Below are positions 34,308 through 46,952 of a DNA stretch of 64,000 nt, piece after piece. A model generated the notes under the pieces. The model was not told the origin of the DNA. It was given only the letters and a program-made list of their open reading frames with translations, and did no database searches. Source of the stretch: Octopus sinensis (Eukaryota); contig NC_042998.1 in NCBI RefSeq assembly GCF_006345805.1, forward strand, positions 174,530,001 through 174,594,000. Reading direction: 5' to 3'. The number at the start of each line of letters is the position of its first letter. Position 1 is the first letter of the stretch. The translations under genes and the position numbers were made by a program.

Positions 34308-36461
34308 TATATCAGGAACAACAAATGTGAACTGTAAAAACCATAGGATATATAAAATATCTAATTTGACATAATATTCACACCTTTACATCTTTTATTG
34401 CTGTGTAATGCTAAGTAATTCATTCCAACAGTAACTTGAAAATTTGCCATTCCCCTAAATGTCTGGCTATGTGCCTATGTTAGAAACTATTTAATAGGAC
34501 ATAAAAACAGAATCTTCTTTATTGTAATAAATTCAAATTAATTATACTTACATTTTACGATTTAAACTATACTTTGAGAGATACTAGCTTTGATACCAAC
34601 TATTGATGTTTATGTAATTGGAAGCTGATAGGTGATTTAACATTAGAACATTAATCTGAGGACTTTGGTTAAGCTGCATCTAATAATTTTTTCATGATCA
34701 CTAATTGCTACAGTTAACTCTATTTTAGGTGGTGGTAGAAAGGGTCATGTTAATAGCAATCATGATAATGGTAGCAGTGTTTGGAATCGTAGTGGTGATG
34801 ATAGTTGGCAAGATCAGAATGATAATATCAGTAATTAGAATGCCAGTGAGTTGCTGTGATCAGTACATTACAGCATGTCACAGTTCTAGTCAGTAGTTGC
34901 AACAGTGAGGTGATTTGGTTGGCTTTGAACAAAACTGTAGCAGTAGGTGTGGCACAGATTAGATCAGACAGGCAACTTTTTATGCAAAGTGGGCTCCATG
35001 AGATATGTCTTACCTGCAGGTGAGTTACACTACTAAAAATTCAAGGTAATTTTTTTATTAGGGATGCTATTCAGAAAGTCCCACAGATTGTCTGTGACTG
35101 TGTTAGCTATTGCCAACCAGTTTTGATACAGAAAATATCTTGTATAGTATTTTGTTTTTGGCAATGTCAGTGTACCTTACAGCTGGAGTAACTAAGATCA
35201 CTTTTGGTTCAGCTGGACTTTCAGAGCACGTGGTCAATTCTGATACAAGTTTCTCACAAAGATTTGCTGAAACAACAGTCTACTGGATAGGGTGTTGGGG
35301 TACCAGTGTGAAATTCAATGCAGGATTTTTGTTACTGCTATGAAGCCCTAATGATCTCTGATCAAACAAAAGTATGATCAAAAGCATTCCAGCCATGACT
35401 ATCTCATCTTGTTTCTATTATTCTGCATCCAGGTCTATATTCCATTTTTTAAAAGAAAAGTCTATAATTATCTTCTGCTGTGTCTGGGGAGAGTCATTTT
35501 CTTTTTGTGCTTTATAATGTAACACACTCACCAATAAAATTTCCACTTTTTTCTTATTATAAGGCACAAAAAGAAAATGACTCTCCCAAGACCCAACAGA
35601 ATATGCTTCAACACACGAACTCATATAAAGAATCTTGCAAACCAAATCCAAAAACGAAAAATCTATATTATCTGTTGTGCTCCTTTTTACCATTTCAGTA
35701 AGGTGACTTAATAATTTGGCTGATATTTGTAGAATGTTGATGTGCCTTGTAAATGCAGCTTGGCTACCATGAATAAGTAATGCACAGGTGTCTATTTAAA
35801 AGAATATATTTTTTGTTAAAACTTGTGCTTAATCCAGAAGCCAATTCAGTCCACTGTCTGTTTATAAAAAAAAAAAAATATCACCTTTTACCTTCCATTT
35901 GGCTTGTTACTATCATCGTTTTAACATCCACTTTTCCATACTTGCTTGCATCAGATGAAGTTTGCGACAGATCTTTTATAGTTGATTGCATTTCCTGTCA
36001 CCAACCACCATTTGTTTCCAAACAAGGTAATATTTCCCTATGGTCACATGTTTCCACAGAATATTGGAAATAAATGATACTGCTTGTGTGACAGTAACAC
36101 AAGGAGAAACAAGCATACATATACACACACCCAATGGGATTCTTTCAGTTTCCATCTACCAAATCCACTCACACGGTCAGTCCAGGGATATAGAAGACAA
36201 TTCCCTAGGTGCCATGCAGTGGTACTGAACCCAAGACTATGTGGTTGGGAAGCAAACTTCTTAATCACATAGCCATCCTTACATCTACAGATACAAATTC
36301 ATTTTAATTAACCTATTAATGATCTTAAAAAATAAAAATAACAAAACATTGTTATTCTTTTAGTGTGTGGAGTGGATGTAAAACTTCCAGTCAGAAAAAT
36401 CTGCAACCAGTTTCAAATCTTTATAGGATCCCAAAAACAGGTCTCAGAAAAAAAAAGATTT

Positions 36462-36870
36462 GGATCTTTTCGGTTTGAATGGCAGTTTTTTAAAATAATT
36501 TCCACGTAACTAAACACTTTTAAACTTCATATACTGGTAGTATGTATTTATAAAACATTTTTCTCTTGGCTTTATTGAGAAAATTCTATAGTTTATAAAA
36601 TATTTGTTGTTTTTTTCTTCAATTTCTGCAATTTCAACCAATCAATGACGTCTACTGAGGTGAAAACATTCTGTGCCGTATGAATATGTCCCTCGTTTAA
36701 GAAACGGATTGGGTTTATTTACATTTGTGAAGAAAAAAAGATACCCTTCCCCCCACCCCTAACCCTAAAACAGATTGAAATGCAATAGATCGATACTAGG
36801 GTCATAATTATGGGTGACAATTTCATATGACACCGCTAGAAAAAAATTGCCGTTCAAACCGAAAAGATCC
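36462..36870. mobile_element. Merlin-like MITE
   Basis: GG...CC TIRs; exact 8-bp TSD AAAGATTT. Confidence 0.9.
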
Positions 36871-37662
36871 AAAGATTTTTAGTTTTTGCCATAAATATTT
36901 TAACCAGAAGCTATATTACAAATCTAAAGCCCGTCACTTAGCAGTTCGGCAAAAGAGACTGATAGAATAAGTACTGGGCTTACAAAGAATAAGTCCCGGG
37001 GTCGATTTGCTCGACTAAAAGGCAGTGCTCCAGCATGGCCGCAGTCAAATGACTGAAACAAGTAAAAGAGAGAGAGTAAACCAATGTGCTTTTTCTTTTT
37101 TAAGAACAGAGTAGCTCAAAAGATTTGGCTATTTTTACCTCTGGGAAATCAGTGCCTTAAGAAATAACAAAACAGACTGGATAGAGGAGAAAATGCAACA
37201 GGCCCAGACTGTTGCCCATACAATAAGGAGCCTCTACATAATCAATTGGCATGCTAGAAATAGCAGCTGAATCATCCTTAAATCATACTTTCTTTAATAG
37301 AAATGTAAGTACACATTGAACAATGTAGCCGTAGATATACAAAAGACTGGATAGTCACAATGGTAACACTCTTTAAATTTTAGGTTCATTTAACTGGACT
37401 TCACTTGGAACAACTATTGTAGGAACAGTGTAGTTTTCAAATTGGCAGAGACTAAATATAGCTAGAGTACTGGCACTACAGATCTCATTAAGTTGCTCAG
37501 CCAACTACCTTTGTGCTATAGTTATCAAATAGAATACGCTACATCTACATGGCATCAAATCATCTTGAAATAAATTGATATTTGTCTCAACATACTTCCT
37601 TTACTTCTTCCTCCTTTTCAGATGTATTTTTAGTGAGATCAAGTAATTAGAATGCAGATTTA

Positions 37663-38270
37663 AATAATAATAATAATAATGAAATTATTGTATACAGTGC
37701 TCAGGTGCACCACAACTTGTCAAAAGTGCGTATAAGCATATGCAGTAATGTACAAATGTCTGGAAAGTGAACAGTGTATGAGTCAGATACATGCTTGCGT
37801 GTGTATGGAGGGGAGAAAATCAGGTGTAGTGTTGGCAAATCTCAGGAAGCATGGAAGTTTTGAAGGATGCAGTGCTCCGACAACTAACAACTGATGCCGG
37901 TAGTTTGTTCCATGCTTCAGCAAATCTTAGCATGAAAAAATGTTTCCGAAAGTCATGGGAGCTGTGTTGTTTTCTGACTTTGTAAACATGTCCACGGGTG
38001 TTAGACAGGTGGAATTTGAAAAGGTGCTCAGAGTTATTGTTTGTAAGATGGTTAATAATTTTATGGATGTCTGCCAAGTCAGCTGCCAGACGTCGGAGTT
38101 TCAATGTGTCCATGCCCAGGGAAGTAAGGCGTTCAGAATATGGCAAATACCTGATGGAAGGTATTCTCGTGGTTGCACATCGCTGAACGGCTTCCAGACG
38201 ATTAATATCCTGGGCAAGATAGGGGTTCCAGACCGGTGATGCAAATTCCAGGTGAGGTCGCACCATTTAT
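37663..38270 (-). mobile_element. CR1-clade LINE 3' fragment with (ATT)n tail
   Basis: ORF 37820-38266: VRPHLEFASPVWNPY...LEAVQR.AT...YSERL..L...LRRL..DL...TRGH...WNKLP. Confidence 0.92.
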
Positions 38271-40276
38271 CTGCCAAAGAATTAATGGTTTGTATTTATT
38301 GAACAAGGGATGCTAAATTTCCTTGTAAAAATACTTCATAAGAATTCACTCCACCAACAGGTTATGGTCCAATCCACTGTTGAAAGAATTGAAGGCTATA
38401 TATTTATTTCTTTATACTTCGAACAACTGTGTAAATAAGGATATATGCTGTAGAATTAGTCGAAGTATAACTTGTATTTTATCAATATAGGAATGAAAGA
38501 CAGGTTTGACTGACAAGTTTTGAAATAAAAACCACAAAGAACAAAACTAAATATTGTTTTGTTTGATTCTCTACAATCTCTATTTCAACAGGCCTTTAAA
38601 AAAATCTGTATAATTAAGTGAATTGTTAGCTTACTGTGCTGAGTTCAAATCAAGTCACACAACTTTAAAAGGCAATACAAAACCAGGGCTATCTTTGACA
38701 TTGCTGGCCCAGAAGTCAATTTAATTTTATCAGATATTTATGAATGTCTTTAACCCTTTCGTTACTAAACTGGCTCTGGTTCTGAGTACAAATGTCTTGT
38801 TTTCATTTTGAATTAAAATCTTCCACCAAACCCTAGTCACAATTTCTGTTCCTAACACTAGCTGAATGATAATTAAGTTATTTTACTAAATTCTTTGTTA
38901 TAGTTAAAGTAATTGAAAGAAACACAGAGCATTTCAAAATACAGTAACAAAAGGGTTAAGTAAGAAAAATTAAACAATTGACTGTTACATATGATTAGAA
39001 AATGGATTTTAATGTTCTTCAATATTTATTTGGCTTGTGAGCATTTGACCAGGAGTTGAGACGTATGGCATTCAATTCTCTGTGGCGGTTACTTAGCCAC
39101 TGTTTGAAAGGCAGTAAACTAGCAGAATCGTTAGCACACCAAGCAAGATGCTAAGCAGTATGTCATCCATCTTTATGTCCTGATTTCAAATTCTGCTGAG
39201 GTTAACTTTGCCTTTCATCCCTTTTGAGGGGAGAGGAGTCAATGAAATAAAGTACTAGCTGAAATACTGGAATCAATGTAATTGACTTACCCCTACCCCA
39301 ATATTTATTTGGCTTATTCCATTATTTGTACTGTGATGATTGTTCAACAGGTTAACATAAAAAGAAACCAGTCATTAGGTTCCAAATTCCTAGGTAATTG
39401 GAGTTCTGACTTTTTTTTTTTATATGAAATTATTTCTTACATGTGGTCTCCTCATGTAAGAGTTATTATAGGCATGTATTTCTCAAAGGAATAAATAGTT
39501 CTAGCTTGTTATAAATTTTCTGACCAGGTTCTTTTATACTTACATTGTACAACATAAAAATAAAAGAAACAAACTAGTTAGAGGGTATGTATGGTTATTT
39601 AAGTCCCTAAAAATTACAGCCAAATTTCCTTTGAATCATACTTAGCCATCTTAAAGAGATTGGATTAATGTAGTCCTGTATACACCAAAGATAAGTACAA
39701 CAAACATTTTTAATCATAGGTCTGCCTTATAACTAAACAAAAGCAACAATAAGATTAGTGGTAATGGTATAAAACTGAACTAAAAACAATGTTTTTAGCA
39801 TCATCTTTTACAGTACCTAAGGAAGAATTATTTTATTCCTACAGAGTTCCAGATGCACAACAGCAATATGTTGGAATTGATCTAGTCAACTATATCACTC
39901 CTAGACTTTTTGAAAGAGTTATGTAATTACGTAATATACTAATAAAATGGTGAAATTAGCTGGTAGAACACAGACTTTATTCCTAACACCCTTTCTCAGT
40001 TCAAATTTTGAATATACACAACTTGGCTTTCATTCCCTTAGAATTGAGAAACACATTAGCTTTTATTAATCTATGTTATCAATACATAGTTTGGTTTGTT
40101 TTAAAATAGCACAAGTAAATTTTGGAAGAGTCATGTTGAGCATTGATATCAGTATATTTCATGTACCGATTTTCATCAACTCAGAAGGGGAGTGGAGCAA
40201 GGTGACTTGAATAAAATTGGAACTCCCTGTCCAATTTTTTTTTTTTTTTTAATTAAGGCTGACCACATGAAAAATG

Positions 40277-40670
40277 GGATCTTTTCGGTTTGACCGGCAG
40301 TTTTTAACAATTTCTAGGTAACTAAACACTTTTAAACTTCGTATACTGGTAGAATGTGTTTATAAAACATCTTTTTCTCTTAGCTTTATTAAGAAAATTC
40401 TATAGTTTGTAAGATATTTGTTGTTGTTTTTCTTCAATTTCTGCAATTTCAACCAATCAATGACGTCTATTGAGGTGAAAACTTTCTGTGCCGTATGAAT
40501 ATGTCCCTCGTTTAAGAAACAGATTGGGTTTATTTACATTTCTGAAGAAAAAAAATACCCTTCCCCCCACCCCTGACCCTATGCAATAGATCAATACTAG
40601 GGTCATAATTATGGGTGACAATTTCATATGACACCGCTAGAAAAAACTGCCACTCAAACCGAAAAGATCC
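40277..40670. mobile_element. Merlin-like MITE
   Basis: GG...CC TIRs; exact 8-bp TSD GAAAAATG. Confidence 0.9.
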
Positions 40671-41210
40671 GAAAAATGTAAGTAAAGTCATCATTGTTCA
40701 AGGAATTCTACAATATAAGCATTCCAGCCATGACCAGTTTATTTTATCTTCAGACAATGCAGTTGAAGACATTATCCAAGAGGGAAAGGCATTGTTGGTA
40801 GGAAGCATTTAGTTAATATTTCGGATCTTTTCTGTTTGATGGACGGAATTTTCTAATTAACTAAACAATTTGAAACTTCGTATACTGGTAGAATGAACAG
40901 TTTTAGTAACTATAATGAGACTTTCTTATTGGTAATATTACACTGAAAATAAAGGTTCTTTTCCAATCACTAAAATACATATCGATAACATACTGAGGTT
41001 GACTTAACTGAATTTTTCAATCACATTCTTCATGTGGTCATTTTAACAAAAAAAAAAAAAAATGAATAATTAAACTGGACAAAGCAGTTCAAATTTTGCT
41101 TCAGTCAACTTTGCCTTCTTAACTCAAATTGATAAAACGGGTAGCTGAAATATACTGCTATCAATGTCCTTTACCTCAGTTCCTCCCTTACAAAACCAAT
41201 TAAAATCGGA

Positions 41211-42700
41211 TTTTATTACAAGCCACAAGGGCCAAACACAGAGGGGACAAAAAACATGAAAAGACGAATGGGATGAAATAATTATAATGAAAATGATTTG
41301 AAAAAAACATCTTGGCCCCACTCCAAGATGTCTACGAGATTTTCTCTTTTTTAAACTTTAAGAAAACTTTTACAAATCTTTGCACTTTTTTTTTTAAGCA
41401 AAGAGTTTAAAAGATTTACCAAAGTCTATTCGCAGTCTTCAAAACAAATGTCACTCACCATTTTATCCTTTCTTTTATCTCCTTGTACGCCATCACCGGA
41501 GCGCGAGGTTTGATGTCCACCTCCGGCCCCAGTGGATTTACGGCTGAAGGGAACGCCTCCTTTAATGAACTGTACTTCACTTCGTCAGTCAAGATACATT
41601 TCATATCTTTGTCATACCCTTCTAGATTTATTTTCACAATTCCTTTCAATTTCGCAATTTTTCTATTTTTAGTGTTGTCCTAAACATTACTAGTAAAATT
41701 TTATTTCTGTTTCTGTCCTGTGTGTCTGTTCTGTGTTTTTGTTTTTACGATTCTGTGTTTGTGCTTTTTTGAGACTTATCTGAATGTTTGTGTATTTCGT
41801 TAGTACGTCTGTGCTTTTCAGTTTCTGTAATTCTGGTTTTTCTAGTGTCTGTTTGTATATATTTCTGCGTCTCTGCCTGTCTTCGTGTTTATGTGTGTGG
41901 GTCTGAATTTTTGTACGCTAAGAAGTCTGTATGTTTGTCTAGCACGGCCCCGTCTGTGTCATTTTTAATTGGAGATCCTATTGGTGTACTCTTTTTACTT
42001 AACATTGCTGACTGGTCTGTTTTTGTTCCATTGTCGTTGGCGACCTCTTCCTCTCTTTTCCTCGATTTTACCGCCACGAAATCTTGTTCCATCGGCTGTT
42101 CCTCCTCTCTTTCCTTTTCAGGATTTTCAGTTTCTGCTATTTCATTCACTGTCCTCGGGCACTTCCTTTTTAAGTGCCCCTTTTCGCCGCACTCGTAATG
42201 CTTCAATCCCGTACCCCTACCAATTCATTAGTTGGGTTCGATTCATCAATATTATCTTCAATTTCTCATTGTTTCTATCTTTATCATCCGAAAAACTTCC
42301 TGTAATAATCCATTCAGGATCAATGCGTGGTGGGATCCTGCCCACCCTAACTGTACACGTCCGTCAAAATTGTATGTTATTGTTCTGTTCGCCATTTTCA
42401 ATTTTTCTCCCTCTGGTAGGGTTAACTTGATATTCGACCCCCCCCCCCTCTCTCCTCACCATGTTTTTATATTTCTTGTACAGCTCTTCCTTACCACGCC
42501 ACAATTCCTGCTTCAGCACCCTCGGGCCGACAGAAGTTCGGCTCTTCGTTGCCGCGGTATAACTTCCTCACATCACCGACAATTCACCACCACCAAACAC
42601 TGATGGCTTTACACAAAAATTGCTGCAAGCAGTACCAAAAACAACAACTGTTTACACAAAAGACTTATAGCAAAAATGAAAGACACGCACCTCAAAAAAA
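41211..42700 (-). mobile_element. Internally deleted Tx1/L1-like LINE, unit 2 (ORF1 with CCHC knuckle, short 3' part, SINE-like tail)
   Basis: RTCTVRVGRIPPRIDPEW..., zinc knuckle YECGEKGHLKRKCP; ends TTGTCCCCTCTGTGTTTGGCCCTTGTGGCTTGTAATAAAA. Confidence 0.65.
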
Positions 42701-42721
42701 GGAGACAAACATAATTAAAAT

Positions 42722-44130
42722 CTTATTTCTTTATTGCCCATAAGGGGACAACACAAAAACGTGTGGGGACACACAACACGAAAAAATACGATAAAATATG
42801 AAAATGCTAATGAAAACGATGCTTGCCCCACGTCAAGCAGCATCACTTACTTCCATTTTTTCTTTTAAATCTCGAGTCTTTCAGTATATCTATACCGTAT
42901 TCTTCCTTTAGCTCCTTGTATGTCACATTGTCCTGTATTTTATTAATATCCACGCTTATTCTCCGGCATTCCTGTCCTTTCTTAAATTTAGTTATTTTTT
43001 CTTTTTGTTTTTCTGACACCAGTATACTATATTCGTGCACTCCTGTAATTCTACAAACTTTACATTTTTCCACGTTGTTATGAAGTTCCTCATCTATATC
43101 CTCCGTAATTGCACAAGCACAGCATATCACACTGGGAGGGGTATTTTGTACATTCTGTGGTAACTGTTTTTCTTTTTCTCTGTGTAGGAGGGGAATGGGG
43201 GTTTGGTGTCTGCCGAGTTAGGGTGGGTTTAAGAGGGCATGGGTTGGGGTTCCTGTTCATCTAGACTTATTTTTTTTCCCTTTTCTCTGCTTCACCACCT
43301 TCCATATTTCTTCCTACTTCTTTGCTATTTCTTCCACCTTCTCTAGTTCTTCCGTTTTTCCTCCTGGTTTTCTTTTTCTCAGGGCAATCTGCTCTGATGT
43401 GGCCTTTTTGGAAACATTTGTAGCAGCGAGGGATTCTACCCTCCACTCATACTCTCAACACCACTTCACATATCGTTATGGTCGACCGTTTTTTCCAAAT
43501 ATTTCGTAGCGCACTGAATTATGATTTCAAGAGCCTTACCTTGCCAGTTCGTGGCCTGGATGACTGTCACTTCCTCTTCGCTTGTCAGAAACACTGCTGC
43601 AGCCACCCAAGTCACGTTTATTTCCTGGGGAATTCCTTCCATCTTGACTCTGGCAGTCCTCCCCAAGTACGTTGGAAGGAGGACTGCTTTGTCTGTCTTC
43701 AGGAGTGTTACTCAGTGTTCCCTTGCTTTCTTGATGCTTTTGAAATGAACGCTCACTGTTCCGAAACGGCTTCCTCTGGCAAGGTTAGTTATATCTCGCC
43801 AAATTGGCCTCAATGCTTTCTCGATTACTTCTGTTGAGTCTAAAGTGATCTTTTCTTCCGCTGAGTACACCTTGTAGACAATGACCTCTCCATTTTTACC
43901 TCGGGCGGTGACAATTTAACATCGCCACCATCCCTATCCACCAGGTTTTCGAACCGTCTCAGATTCTTCACATTTACCTCCTTTTTACGAATTTCTGTGG
44001 CTTCCGCGAAGGTCTTTCAGTCCAAATGCCTATCCATTTTCTTTACAGCTCTCACGAGCTCCTCTTCCAATGACGACAATTCGCTGATATCTGAATAAAC
44101 AGAGTTAATTGAGGAATACCCTGCCATCTC
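42722..44130 (-). mobile_element. Internally deleted Tx1/L1-like LINE, unit 1 (ORF1 start at 44127, Cys-rich 3' remnant, SINE-like tail)
   Basis: MAGYSSINSVYSD..., KALRPIWRDITNLARGSRFGTV, RTARVKMEGIPQEINVTW; ends CCCCTTATGGGCAATAAAGAAATAA. Confidence 0.65.
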
Positions 44131-44418
44131 TCACAGAGAGAAAGCACAATTGAACTGCTGATAAGCAGCAAAATAAGATTACACTTTAAAACTTGTGTGT
44201 TGATATGCAAATTTTATTTCCTAGTCAAAATATTTAAATGAGAAAGAAGCTGCATTATTTTCCTTTTTTATATCTAGAGTGCTTATTACTTTTAATAATT
44301 TCTTTTCTGGAGATTCAGTGTGTGTACTGCACCTAAAAATAGTAAATTTTTACTTTCCATCCATTTTAAATTACTGAACATTCGGGACGTAAGAGAACAA
44401 AACTAAAATTAATTCTCA

Positions 44419-44521
44419 ATGAATGACCTTCAAGATTTTTACAAAGATTTCTCTTGTGAATACTCTTTTATCTTACCACCAATGTATAACTCGCCAAGTT
44501 TAGATATACCTTCCATATCAG
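44419..44521 (+). CDS. MARF1: Candidate first coding exon of the MARF1-like gene (GC donor)
   Basis: ATG preceded by an in-frame TAA; 34 open codons plus 1 nt; donor CAG|GCAAGT. Its phase 1 matches the phase-1 start of the 45127 exon (G|AC = Asp). Confidence 0.5.
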
Positions 44522-45126
44522 GCAAGTATTTTTACAATACATTATTGCTAAGGAAATAAATTTGTTTTAAAATAATAACCTGCATTGTTTTTATGTTCTA
44601 TGTTGAAGATAATTTTAATTATATCTTTAATATAAGTCTTTTGAATTTTGTTTTTTCAAAATACTTTTAACCAAGGTTGTTTTTTTTTTATCAGGAATGA
44701 AATTTTTTTTAAATTTTGTTACATACCGAAGTTGGCTATTTTTCTTTTCTTTTTACCATTACTAAAATTAAAGTAAATATCTGTGTATTGTTTTAAATAT
44801 ATTTCACGTTATGAGGTTTTGTTTAATGTTCTTCATATATTAACTTAAAATAAAGTAGATCATTCTTCAATTAATTTCTGAAAATAGAATTCAATTCCGA
44901 ATTAATTGAAATCAATTATTTACTAGAAATTTTGCTTATTTTATCCTAATTTTCATATCAATAAAGTTACAAGATTACATCTAGTCAATTTCAATGGTTA
45001 TCTTTTTAAATTATACCTCAATCTAAATTTATTCAAAGTGAATAACTTATTTTGATACCGTTTCATTTATAGCATCAAATTTTCATAAAGAATTTTATCT
45101 TCATTTTTTTTTTTTTTTTTTTACAG

Positions 45127-45665
45127 ACTCTAACATATCAGGATCGAATTCAAATAGTAATTTTGATGATGGAACATTTTACCATAACCCAGATAGCAGT
45201 TTGCCAGAGTCCTCACACAAAAATCACATCAATGCTGTTAAAGAAAGAGTCAAGTCTTCCTATAGAACCAATATAGACAAAGATAATTTTTCCAATATTT
45301 TAAAACAAAATAGCATTCAAAAAGAGCTAATTGAAGAAGTCAGTCCTAGTTTACAACCTGGATTACTAGAAATTCCAAAATCCAATACATTTGATCCTTC
45401 AAACAATTTTAAGAATCAATCTGAAAAATATTCTGCCACCCATAGCTTGTATGCCCATCAAAACCCACTTAAAAATTCATTTCATCCTGTGACAGCAAAA
45501 ACAACAAATTCCCAAATAACAAACACCAATCCAGTCTTAATGTCAGACTCTGAAAAATGTACTGCATTAGATTCTGTGGAAGTACTGGTTAGTAATCTTG
45601 ACTATAACATTAGTCCAAGAGAGTGGAAAGAAATTCTCTCTTCAACTTTTCGAGCTGCAGTTATG
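45127..45665 (+). CDS. MARF1: MARF1/limkain-b1-like exon: low-complexity linker and start of RRM
   Basis: Strong acceptor (T)n-ACAG|, open frame ending VEVLVSNLDYNISPREWKEILSSTFRAAVM|GTAAGA; compare vertebrate LQVSNLDYRMSRKELQQ. Confidence 0.85.
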
Positions 45666-46207
45666 GTAAGATTTCCATAAATTATTATTCTTAGTTCTTT
45701 ATAGCAACATAGATGCTTAGTGGATGGATGGTTATGTTCATATGTATATGTATCGTTCAACCACGGTAGTGATTGAATTTATTTTTTAAGTTCACCATTT
45801 CGTCAATCGCAGCAGCTACCAAGCTTCACCACTAATTCAGTTCTCAACTAAATTGCAAACTTAGTTTTAAAGAGGACACTTCCTCAACTACACTTTGGCA
45901 TAGTTTGAGGTTTGGTTCTGTAGAAAAAAAGTTACATTAAAATATCTGCGACCTCAAGGGGCGGGGCGCAGTAAGAAAGATATTCATCTTCAATTAACAT
46001 AAATTTTTTAATTTTAAATTAAAAGTATACTTTGCTTAAATGATAGGAAAATGCATGAAAAATTCAGAATCGTTAGTCACATTGAACAAAAATTAGTAGA
46101 AAAACAGTTATGATGTAAAATGTTATGAAACTTAATGTCAGTAAGGGAGTAATGCTTAAGCAATAACAATAAAGAATATATTTCTAAAATGAATATTTAC
46201 ATTCTAA

Positions 46208-46402
46208 GGTAGCAAGCTGGCAGAAATGTTAGCGCACCGGACAAAATGTGTAGCGGTATTTCGCCTGCCATTACGTTCTGAGTTCAAATTCCGCCAAGGT
46301 CGACTTTGCCTTTCATTCTTTCAGGGGTCGATAAATTAACAGTTACGCACTGGCGTCGATGTAATTGACTTAATCCATTTGTCCTCTCTGTGTTTTAGCC
46401 CC
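46208..46402 (+). mobile_element. SINE family A (intronic), followed by a second partial head
   Basis: Head, core and CCCCTTGTGGG tail. Confidence 0.8.
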
Positions 46403-46952
46403 TTGTGGGTAGTAAAGAAAAAGGTATTTCGTTTGTCTTGACATTTTGAGTTCAAATTTCGCAGAGGTCGACTTTGATGTATAGATTTAGTTTTTTTTTT
46501 TTTTTTAACTAGACACTCTCAAACTTCTGATATTGGTAGAATGTGTCACATAGAACAGGGTTTACTCTTAGCATTTTTGACAAAATTTAGTATTTTAGAA
46601 GTTATTTCATCAGAAGTTAGTGACATTGGACAAATGCATGTTTGATAAGTGCCAATACATGAAACTCTCAGCTTTTTACTTACACTCTAACTTCTGCCAA
46701 TGATACATATACACATACATACATTTTTACACATGTGTAAAAAAAATCTCCTCACGCAATTGAACTGATGAGCTTCTACCTGGTCAGCCAACACGCTAAA
46801 AATAGCAGCCAGAGTATCCCCCCTACCTAAATCACATACCTATTGTATGTAATGTCCTACATAATGCCTAAAAAGACAGTTTGCTGAATGCTGGAATGTC
46901 TTTGATGATAGGTTTGCAGTATCAGGGTTGATTTGAGGTTAAATAGCATTAT

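Noticed and set aside
33880-34310. Telomerase RNA hypothesis for the H/ACA-like segment
   Set aside because: No CTAACCCT-type template was found upstream on the same strand.
40754-40812. Exon-like segment DNAVEDIIQEGKALL as an upstream MARF1 exon
   Set aside because: No donor gives the required phase 1, there is no MARF1 similarity, and the acceptor lies in a common repeat fragment.
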